From Proteromonas lacertae (lineage: Eukaryota): a stretch of 53,507 bases of DNA. The notes under the pieces were generated by a model. That model saw only the letters and a list, made by a program, of their open reading frames with translations. It did no database searches and was not told the DNA's origin. Of this stretch, positions 12,879 to 24,100 are shown piece by piece; positions within the stretch are counted from its first letter, which is position 1; every line of letters starts with the position of its first letter. Location: positions 62,001 to 115,507 of the forward strand of contig NGBS01001181.1 in the NCBI GenBank assembly GCA_002245135.1, in the 5' to 3' direction. The position numbers were made by a program, and so were the translations under genes.

Positions 12879-13310
12879 TTATTTCTTTATTTTCATAGAT
12901 TCAAATTTTTGAATAGCTTCTTCAATTGATGATATCTTCTGCTCTAATGCACTAATTTTCTCACTTGTGGCATTTCTAATATTCTCAGGTACTTTTGTTT
13001 CATAATCGGCTATTTCAGTCTTCTTCTTTGTTACATTCAATTGATTCGTTGTTTGTTCAAGTGTTGCTTTTAATTTACCAATTTCTACATCAAAATCAAC
13101 CAAATTTGCTAAATCCATATGAACTTTTATAAATTCATTTGTAATTGAAACACCACAAGTTACTGGAATTTCTTTCATTTCTTTATCAAATATAATTATA
13201 ATTATAATATTATTTTTATTAGCTTGGAAAAAAACTTCTTTAGCTTGTATGAATAAGTGATAATAGAAGAGAAATATGCTAATTTAAAGTATTTTGAAGA
13301 ATTGTTTTCA
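12879..13310 (-). pseudogene. Orphan 3' fragment of valyl-tRNA synthetase (C-terminal coiled-coil tRNA-binding arm)
   Basis: CGVSITNEFIKVHMDLANLVDFDVEIGKLK...DYETKVPENIR...EKISALEQKI matches the ValRS C-terminus. The upstream frame is broken, and the next gene ends at 13365, leaving no room for the catalytic domain. Confidence 0.7.
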
Positions 13311-13364
13311 TTTATAAACTCCATCAAAAGAATATTTAAATATATACAAGAGAAGAAAATATAA

Positions 13365-14555
13365 TTAAATAACAATATCTATATCACTATCACTCTTTTC
13401 ATCTTCATATTCATCATACTCATCAGCTTCATCTTTTTCATTATCACTCATCCTTTGAGTTAAATCAACTGGAGCATATTCAACTGCTTTATGATAATTA
13501 GGTGGAGGATGAGAAATAGAATAAATATAATTAGGAACAGCCAATCCTACACATAATACAACAGCAGCAACTACAATCAATATAAATCCAACCATATAAT
13601 CAATACCTCTACTTTCACCAAAACACATTTCATCACTTTCATATTTGCTTGTACATCCATCTGTTATATCATCACATTTACTATACGGATCTTCATTATG
13701 TCTTACAGTTAATTTAATATAATTTGGTTTATCTATATTATAATGTACTGGCTCAAAATATCTATTTCCTATTATATAATTTCCTCTACAACCTCCTGCA
13801 TCAACATCTCCATATTTATGTTCCAAATTATCAACACTTCCTGCTATTTGCCATTTTGACTTTCCTGTATTAGTATTTTTTGTTCTGGATAATCTTATAC
13901 ATACTTCATCAACGTAAACCATTGAACTGCACATTTGATTTTTGTATTTTCCATTATGATCATCACATACACTTCTACAACTTACAAATGTCATATCATT
14001 ACATTTTCTTACTTTATTTGTTTCCACTGTTGTGTAATATTGTTTATTGTCTATTTTTCTATTATATATAGTGTATTTTTCACCATTTTCATCACATTTT
14101 GGTGTTGTACACACCATTAATGAGATATTACCAACATGAAATCTGTCAAATGCTACTCCACTTTCATAATATAATGGCATTGATGGTGTTATGTATTTAT
14201 CAAAAGTTAGTCTATGATCACGGATTGGATATTTAGTATTATCATAATCATGGTCTACTTTCTTTAGATAATACTTTTCAGAATATGACTCATTGTAATA
14301 AAACATATAAACAGGATAAAAATCCTTATCATCAAACTCATAACGATATTCATGCCATCTATCAGCAGCTTCATTATATCTATTTCATAAATAAAAATAT
14401 TAATACAAATCAATATTATTGTATCTATCTGTATTAGCTCCCAGCACAATAAAATATATCGCTACTATAGTTATAACACATGTTATAAGGCATGCACATA
14501 CAACCCATGTATAATACCAAACATGTGGGCATTTTTCAAAGCATTTAGAACCCAT
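13365..14555 (-). CDS. Two-TM membrane protein with a large Cys-rich loop, unknown function
   Basis: ATG at 14555 (MGSKCFEKCPHVWYYTWVVCACLITCVITIVAIYFIVLG = TM1), one short intron near 14381-14407, many Cys residues, TM2 YMVGFILIVVAAVVLCVGLAV and an acidic tail. Confidence 0.75.
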
Positions 14556-14666
14556 TAATCGAAAAACTCAAAAAAATATGTTGAGGGTTGTGAAAAACAA
14601 TTTTTCACAGAATAACCCATATATAGACAAGTCAAATACAAAACATTTTTGGCTTTTTCTCTTCTA

Positions 14667-17483
14667 ATGAGTGATGAATTGTGTCAACATTTACAAAAAT
14701 TAAATATTAAAGATATAGAGATATCGGAAGGGTGTGAAGATGTATATTATGTTGTTTTGACATTTAGTGTAAGAGAGTTAAAGATATAGAAAATGCTTTT
14801 TGCTTCACTTGTGGGAGAGTTGTTTGTTCTGGTATATAAACCATTGTTTTATAATAGGCCATCGAATGAAACATGATAGGCAAAAGCATGTCATATATAC
14901 CCACAAAACCAATGAAGTATAATGAATTATATTATATTAGATAAATTGCCCTATTTGTAAGAAAACCATTAAAGAAAAATCCATGACTTTATCGAAACAG
15001 TTAGACAAGCTAAAACCACTATCAGAAGGTATTGTCTTGCAATGCATATATTACTAAATAGAAGATGAAGTGAATTTAAAGAAGGAATCAGAAACAGTAG
15101 AATTAGCAATTGAATCAAGAAAGATTGAATATAGAGATAATAGAACACCAGTAGGTTTAAATAATCTAGGTAATACCTGCTTTTTCAACTCTGCGCTTCA
15201 AAACTTAGCAAATACAAGAGGATTATATCCATTATATAATCAATATCAAACTATAATCAAATCTTCTCCAATTACCTCAACATTTTACCATACAATCAAT
15301 GCAATGATGAATAGTAATAGGACTATTAATCCACAAAGTCTATTTAGTAGAATAGGATCATTAAATAGAAGATTTAGAGGTTATAATCAACAAGATTCTC
15401 AAGAATTATATCATGTGTTATTAGATGGAATTGATATGGAAAATAAGAAGAAAGGAAATATGAATATCAATGAAGAGAAGAATCTAGAAAAGGAGATTAT
15501 TACTGAAGCTTATAAAAATGATAAACCTGATAGTGGATATAGGCCAAAATCATTGATAAAGAATATATCATATTATTTTGATAATTTATCTGATGACATT
15601 GAGATAGAAATGGGTGAAAGAGATGATGATGTTATTTATAATGAAAATGAGAAAGAAAATGAGAAAGTGGAAAGTATAACTGTTAATAATTCTATTACTT
15701 CTATTCCTGATTTGGTATTTGGTGGAAAATATTGTACAGTAATTGAATGTCAACATTGTTTTCAGAAAGTATATATTATTATTATTATTATTGTATAGAA
15801 TCATGTACAAACTCCATTTTATGATTTATCATTAGCACTTCCAGGTAATGTAGTATTAAAAAGATCAAATAATGTATAAATTAATAATTATTTCATTTTA
15901 TGATAAAATAGAAAAGAAATACTGTTGATTATAGTAAGAATTCTACATCAAGAGAATATGCAAGATTACCAAAGGAAAAAGCAGAATTCACAGGTACAAT
16001 TTTACTACCAGATACAAATAATATTCAATTATTGGAGAAATATAAGCGAAATATGAATAATAAGAAAATAGATATTAAAGAGTTGGTGGAATTCTTCAGA
16101 AGTTGCTGTACTAAGGAGTTTATAGAATATTATGAAATACCACCTACGAAGAAAGCAAAAACTATTTCAAGTAAGATTGGAAAATTGAAGAAATTATTAT
16201 CAGAAGTGATAGAGTTATATATATCACAAGGAGGAGTAAGTAATAATAAAGAAAAAAAGTGTAAAACAGAGAAAACAGAAAATGAAAATGAAAAAGAGGA
16301 ATATGAAATATTTAGTGAAGAAGGGAAGAAAAAGATGGAGAGATTGAAATTAGAGGATGTTTTAAGTAAAGAAAAGAAGAGAGATAAAGTTGAAGTATTA
16401 TTATCAGTGGTTACTGATGAATATTTGAAGAAGAATAAACTATCGAAAGATATGAAATCTTTAATTCATAATTTGAAAGTATATCAAATAGATGAAATTC
16501 TTAAGAAATTGTTTGGTTTGTATGAAGAAGAGAAGAATAAAGTGAAAGATGATGGAAATAACAATGACGATAATACAAAGAAAGAAGAAAATAATGAAAA
16601 TGATAAAGTAGATGAGATAGATGATAAATTGGAGAATGTTTTAATTACTAATGAAACAAAAGAAGAAACAAAGGATGAAGATATAGATGGAGAAATTGAA
16701 GAAGTAAAGGATGAAGATAATAAAAGAGAAGATAACCAAGAGACTAATAACAATATTGAAGAAGCAATCCAAGAAGTTGATAATACTGATCATACTAATG
16801 ATGATGGGAATAACAAGAAAGAAAATGAAGAAAAAGAAAAAGAAAAAGAAGAAGAGAATAATTCAAATTCAAAATCAGAATTATCAGAACCAATTAACTT
16901 AGAAATTTCAGATTTATCAGATTTATTAGAACCACCAGAACCAGTCATTAATAAATCAGATTACTCTCTTGATACATGTTTACAAATGTACACATCTTCA
17001 TCAATGTTATTACAGAGTGAAAATAATGGTTATTTATGTCAAAACTGTTGTGGTGGTGATTCTAAGAGCAAAGTAAGAAGAGATGCAAAGATAAGAACAT
17101 TAATATCAGAATTACCACAAACACTTGTTATTCATTTAAAAGTATATATTTTATTATTATTATTATTATTGTTATAGAGATTTCAACAATCTGGAAATGG
17201 GTATTTATCTAAAAGAAATGAATATGTGAAATTTCCATTGATTTTAGATATGAAACCTTATTCTTTAAATGAAGGTGAAGTGTCTATTTTGTATAGTTTA
17301 AGAGGTATTGTACAACATGGAGGATCATTACATGGTGGACATTATACTTCTTATATAAATACAGCTGAATCGAAAGATGATAATAGTCACTGGTTTCATA
17401 TATCAGATTCCTCTGTTAGAGGTGTTAGTGTTGAACAAGTAATGCAGTGTTCTGGTTTTATGTATTTTTATGAGAAATGTTGA
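14667..17483 (+). CDS. Ubiquitin-specific protease (peptidase C19) with N-terminal zf-UBP-like region, USP16/USP45-like
   Basis: Cys box GLNNLGNTCFFNSALQNL, QQDSQEL, His box HGGSLHGGHYTSYI and WFHISDSSV. N-terminal exons carry LCQH...CED/C...CLHCGRVVCSG...H; 7 short GT-AG introns. Confidence 0.9.
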
Positions 17484-17813
17484 AAAGAACAGAATGAAAA
17501 ATTTACATAGATTAAATAATTATTCCTATATTTTAGTATTTGTATGAAATAGTTCCTTTATAACCTATTTGTTAGAAGAAATCATGCTTTGAGATTAATA
17601 ATTTTGAATTTTCTTCATTTTTGTTTCTTGTCATAGGTCTATTTTTTCTAACTTTGTTACTTATCTTGATCTTTTTAAGAAATATTGCTTCTTATATAGG
17701 AATTCATCCAAATTATATTTCTTTGAACTTCATTATTAAGAAATCGAAATGTGTTTCACTATATCCATTTTTAATTTTATTTTGTCAAACCTGTATCAAA
17801 TCATCCAAAAAGA

Positions 17814-20800
17814 ATGCCATACAAAAATTTCAATGAGAGAAATGTAAAGATAAGAAATAGAAGTATATTTGAATATAATATAGTCATATCAATAGGACAG
17901 GATGATAATTATGATTATTATAATAGAAGATCACCTTCAAGAACAAAAAACAATTTAAGAGAGGATAGAATATCTTTTATTTATTTTTAAATGATAATTA
18001 ATTTTCTTTAATATAATAATCAAGAAGTAAAGAAAGAAATTATCAAACTATCATTCAACCTACTCCAAGTTTCAATCGTTTCAAATCAAAAGATGAACCA
18101 ATTATTCTTTATAAGCATAAATCACAGACTGATGTAGTTAAGCCACCAATTCAACTTAAATCAAGAGAATTGGATGATAAACCATTGATATTAAATTTTC
18201 CATATGTTAGAATTAAAGATTTTATTTCACCTTATATAAAATATTTTCCTAAATTAGCTGACCATCCATGGCAATTTATTCAAAAAATACCAAAAATCAG
18301 TTTGGAGTAGATGGTATAATTCAACTTTAATGCCAGAAGGAAAACAACAGTTAATGTATATATATATATATATATAACATATATAGTACATATAATAATA
18401 ATAATATATTTACAATTGGATTAAGTTATTTATGTAAATCCAATTTACTTCATATATCATTATATCATGAAGTCAAAAGTAAGATGTTAGATTTTTATGT
18501 AGAAGATGAAAAAAGTGAATATTATTGTATGATATATGAACATCAAAAGGATTATCAAATTCCTGATAAAAAAGTAGATGTAACTAAAATTTCTGAAGTA
18601 AAATCACAGTTTTCATCTTACTTACAGTCATGTCTAGATTGTATAATTGTCTATTTTGATATTAATCCAAAAATATTAAGTTTATTTGGTATTTTAGATT
18701 TACCAAATGTACATTTAAGAGACATATCATATTTTCCACCAATTTGTTATAAGCATTTTGTTTTACATACTTCAACTATATTAGATGCGTTTTTCAATTC
18801 ACAGTATAGAGAGATATTAACATTTACAGATTCAGAATTAAGTTCTGATAATTCAATTGATATATTAAATAGAAGTTTAAAAAAAGCTGAACTGAATTAT
18901 AATAGAATAGTGGCTAATATTGCGTATATATATATTTAATCTTTCTATATTTATGTTAATTAAGTAGTGATTATTATGTTGTTACTTTAATAATGAAAGT
19001 TACTAGTAAATATTCTTTAATTGGTCAAGGATTGGATAGAAATGAATTTACTGCTTTGAACATTGCTGCTGAGGATTTAATAAGAAATGTTTTTGGTAAA
19101 ACTGAAGTGTTTTTGAAAAGAGAAACTGTAAATAACATGAATAAAAAAGGTATAATATATATTAGGATATGTATTAATATTATAAAAATAAAAATAGTAT
19201 TATTTGAGCCATTATTGACAATAACAGACCATAATTTAATGTTTTATATATATTTATCATACAAAGTGATATGGGAACAGTATTTAGGTTTTTTTACTTC
19301 ACCAAATACACAACAATATAACACAAATACAAATTCTAACAGCAATAGTAATAATACTTCTAGTAACAGTAATAATGAGAGATATAATCCTTATAATTCA
19401 AGTTTTTATAAACCACATGAGTATGAATATACGTCATTAACAAATAGATGTTTTGAAAATGATGCTAATACTATTCAAATTCAATCAATTCAACAAACAC
19501 CACCTAAACCATCACTTTATTCACATTCAAATTCACCTTATAGTGAAGTGTATTATATATATTTAAGTTGATATTGTTATTTAATATATTTATAGCCAAG
19601 CAATATACGGTGGCTATTCTTTAAGTCAACAGAAAGAATATGTTTCACCAAGTTTCATAAATACAATACAAACTCCACCAGTAGAAATACCAATTCAACA
19701 ACAGATACAACCACAGCAAACAATACAGACAATTATGCCAATAAAATCAATACAACAAATGCAACAACCTATTCAGCAACAAGTACAACCTATACAATCA
19801 CCAACTTCTCAATTTAAATTAGTATTTATATTGATAATATAACACAAATAGAACAAATTAATGCTGGCTATTAATTTTGATTCATTTCTTTCAGAAATAG
19901 TTATTAATCCCAACCCTGATATAACTAATATAGCCAATTATCTTATTATTGCTGATCCACAATTGATATATCAATTGAATTATTTAAATGGCCATAATGG
20001 TTTTATAAAATACAGATCTGATTTGATTTCAATTCTTTTCTACACTGTCATCTTTTTATGATTTTATAATTTTCACTGAACATGATCCAAATTTTGTTAT
20101 TCCTTTAGTTAGTGTGTTCGATCCTACACAGTATATGCATATATATTCTAATTTATTTCAATAGTTCTTTTTTCCATAATACAGTTTTACAAGTCACACC
20201 AACATCTAAATCATTTGAATCTATTGTGTCGTTTTTGACTAATAGTTATGGAAATGAATATATAGGATGTAATATCAATATATTATCTCAAAATTTGGTA
20301 TTATAGTGTTTATATATTTGTTTATTATAGATTATTCTTGATGATAGAATAGATTTATGGAAATATAGTAATGATATTAATATTCAACCATTTTGTGAGT
20401 TTAGTATTATATCAATCAGAGTATTGCATTTCTTTAACAAAATCAAAGACTTAGAAATAGTATATAATATATATATATAATAATCTATAGCCACAATCTA
20501 GAAAAATGTATGTTGATAGAGATAAACATTATATTCAAAGTGTTTCTGATGCTTTGATTTTAGTATTTTTTATTAATGTAATTTATACTTTATTATAGTG
20601 TGCAAATGATACTTATATTACAAAAGATATTGTTTCTGAGTTTATTATTGATAATAAATGTGATATAAGAGTATCTATACAAAGAACTAGGTTGAAAGTA
20701 TTGAAAGGATGTGTAATTTTCTTTGGTAATGTATATTTCGTTATATATAAATGTTGTTAGATATTTTCACCTACTGAAGACTGTACATTAAATCCTTTAT

Positions 20801-20994
20801 GGATAGATGCAGAGCATTTTGGAGCAAAATGTGTAAAGACTCTATCTCAAGAGGTAACTCACATTGTTTCAAATCCAAAGTATGATGCATCTTCATATAA
20901 GAGATTGAATACATTCTTAGTTACTCTAGACTGGTTAGAAATGTCAATTTGGAAATGGTCAAGAGAACCAGAAAAAAAGTATTTAGTGTTATAA
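17814..20994 (+). CDS. Composite protein: RS-like N-terminus, degenerate REX4-like exonuclease, dsRBD-like domain, Q/P-rich linker, degenerate FCP1-type CTD phosphatase, BRCT
   Basis: FCP1-like motifs KLMLAINFDSFL, FIKYRS, YDFIIFT...VFDP and IILDDRIDLW. BRCT: VLKGCVIFF...AEHFGAKC...VTHIV...VTLDWLEMSIWKWSREPE. dsRBD-like: LIGQGLDRNEFTALNIAAEDLI. The model needs an AT-AA intron (17970-18019) and a 1-nt frameshift at about 20036. Confidence 0.65.
17970..18019 (+). other. Putative U12-type AT-AA intron (50 nt)
   Basis: Starts ATATCTTTTA, contains an in-frame TAA, has TTCTTTAAT at 18004-18012 and ends ATAA. There is no GT or GC between 17896 and 18026. Removal gives in-frame REDR|SRSKER. Confidence 0.65.
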
Positions 20995-21175
20995 ATATTA
21001 AGTGTGTATAATTTTAATTTATACTCAAATGTGTTAATTGAGTTGTTTTTAATGAAATAAAATTCTGGTCAATGAAAAGTATTTTTGCACCACATTTCGT
21101 TTTTATTTTTTAAAATCATTTTTTCTAATCTAATTCAATATATTTAAACTAGATTTATAATTATTCGATACATAA

Positions 21176-24100
21176 ATGGGTACATCGTATACTTTTCACT
21201 ATTATATCAATGAAATAGTCAATCCAACCTAAGTGGGATAGAAACAGCAATGTCTCCCAATGTTTTATCTAATTCTGCAAGAAGGGACTTAGGAAATTTC
21301 CATGATTTGTCTTATCAAGATGTACAAGAATTAATTACCACAATTCCCTGTTATCAATATAAAGAAAGTTATTTATCTGTATAAATAAATAAATAATATA
21401 TGCTGTTTAATAGTGGTCTGAATTTTTTGTTGTTGCAAATAAAGTTGAACGGAATAGAGATGAAAATGAGAAGAATAAAATAAAGAAGGAATTGCATATC
21501 GCATGTAAGGAATATGCAATGATAAAATCAAAAGAGTCTCCACCAAATTGGGTTGAAATAGAAGAGAAAATAACAAAACTCAAAGAGAAAGAAGAACAAG
21601 AAAGAAGAGAAAAAGAAGAGAATGAAGAAAGTCCAATGAATAGAAAATCAGATAATAACAACAATAATAATATAAAACAACAACAATTAAATATGCAAGA
21701 AACAGTAATACCATTAGATAAAAATCCAGATCCAGCAAATCTAAGTGATGAAGCATCTGATGAAGAAATAGATGTAAATAAGCTATTGGAACAAAAGAAA
21801 AAGGAAAAAGAAGAGAGAAAAAAGAAAGAGGCTACAGATGAAGAATTAGAGAAGAGTGGTACAAATAACAATAAGAAAACATCAAAACCTGAAGTAGGAA
21901 AATCATCCAGAATCAGACCTAAAAGAAGAATATCAAGAGGAAATAGAGATAAAAATGAAGAAAAAGAAGAAGAAGTGAAAGAAGGAGATAATAATAATAA
22001 TAATATTACTCAAAATGAAGAAAATAAAACTGATGAAAATCAAGGTGAAGAGAAAAAAGAAGAAGGTGAAGAAGTAGTGAATAAAAAGCCAATTATTGAT
22101 GATCCTGAAATATTGGCATATAAGAAAGTAAGAAGTGTTCCATTGCCACCCAAATATGATCAAGCTTTAGTTAGTCCAATATTCTTTGGTTATACATATG
22201 CTGTATTTTATATATTTATTTATCATTAATTATAATTGTAAATAGAAAACAAAAGATATTAAAAAAGACAATTACTATGGTGAAGAAGATGAATATATTA
22301 AGAATTATGAAAAAGAAGCAAATGAAAGAACTGAAAAAAGACATAAGAGAATCGAAGCAGTGTTAGCATTCAAATCAAAGAGATTGACTGAAGAATATGA
22401 AACTGCAAAGAAAGAAAGAGATGAAATAGCACAAAAGAGGGAATCTGAAAAGGCAGCAGCTAAATCAACAATGCCTGTAGTTCAATATCAAAAATATTGT
22501 CAAACACTTGTAGAAGATGAACAGAAATACAATATAGAAAGTGAAGAAGCAAAGATTCAATTTGATAAAGAAATATTGGAATTGAAAGCTTCAGTAGAAA
22601 TTGAAGTTGCCAAAGAAATGAATAGTGAAATATCCAAATATAAACCAATAAGTGATTCTTTAATAGAAACTGCAAACAGTGAAGTAAAAACAGCAGAAGA
22701 TGATATTAAGACAATTGAAGAGCAGAAGAAACAAGCAGAAGATCAAATAGCTGAAATACAAAAGAATCCAAAGAAGAAAACACATTCTTTGTTAGTACAA
22801 TTACAAGGACAAGTTGAACAATATAAGAAACAGTTATTGGATCGAACTGCAAGGCTTGAATTAGGAAAATCAAAACTGGAAATTGCTGAGAAATTGAAGA
22901 AAAGAGAAAATAAATATTTACCATTATATAATCGATTTGTAGATGAAAAAACTAATTTGGGTAGTTATATAAATATAAGAGTTGCTTTAATTGCATGTTG
23001 TAGATCATTATTAGAAGTAAAATTAAAATCATTATATGATATATTCAATAAAGATGATTTTAAAGAAGCAATAAAATATACAGATTTAGTAAAACTGCTA
23101 ACGACAGCTGTTTATTGTATGAACAAATTAGAATGTGTTACAACCATTCCAACAAATGATCAATTAAATGGAATTGCATTTTCAGGTTTTAATCAATATG
23201 AGATATCTCCAACTCAAGGAAGAATGATGTATTATCAATTTGAAGAATGGTTATTAGGAATAATAAGAAGATCAAAAGGATTATCAAATTTCTTTTGGAT
23301 CACTTGGGAGTTTGATAAATATAGTGATTTACAGATGAAAATGATGAGTTGTATTCATAAGTATGAAATTGGATTATTATCAGCAAATACAATGAAATAT
23401 TTATTGCAAAAAGACTCTAATAAATACTGGCCTCAATTGGATAGTGAAAATAAAGCCGTTATTCATGAAAAGTCAATGGAATATGGAGCTAATGATCCAA
23501 CTAAACCTGATTATAGTAAATACTTAGCAAGACAAATTAAGAAGAAATCTACTTCTAATGCTATTCCATTAGTTCATGATTGTTATAGCAATGAAGTGTT
23601 TGCAAGATATGAATTGAAAGAAGAATGTGCAATAAAGATTCAAGCATGTTATAGAGGTTTCTTAGGTAAGAAAATAGGAGAGAAATTAGCTAGAAATAAA
23701 GCATTCTATGAAGCTGAAGATAAATCAAAGAAAATAATAGCTGAAGAAATAGAAAAAGAGTTTTATGAAAAGTCTACTCAAGGAGGAACTGATGGTTTAA
23801 AATGGAATGCTAAAGTAAGATTAATGCAGGTACAATATAGAGCAAGAAGAATACATATATCAAGGTCACAAGTAATTGAAATAATGAAAGCTGAAGAAAG
23901 AAAAAAAGCATATGAAGAAGTAGAAAAGAAGTATAATGAAATGGCTGTTGAACAAGGAATTCCTGCAAGATATAGAAAACCACCAAATAAACTAATTGAA
24001 CATGTGTTGGATGATTTAGCTTCACAAGGTGATGTAGAGCAGAAAGTGATAGATGATGTGATAAAGAAACAATTGGATTATGAACCAATTAAATTCAATT

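Noticed and set aside
17500..17770. Purine-rich minus-strand stretch between the USP and FCP1-like genes (and + ORF 17621-17836)
   Set aside because: No consistent spliced frame or motif could be built; a small gene or remnant cannot be excluded.
18206..18296. Apparent frameshift at the A-run 18292-18296
   Set aside because: A 52-nt GT-AG intron (18206-18257) restores the frame without invoking an error.
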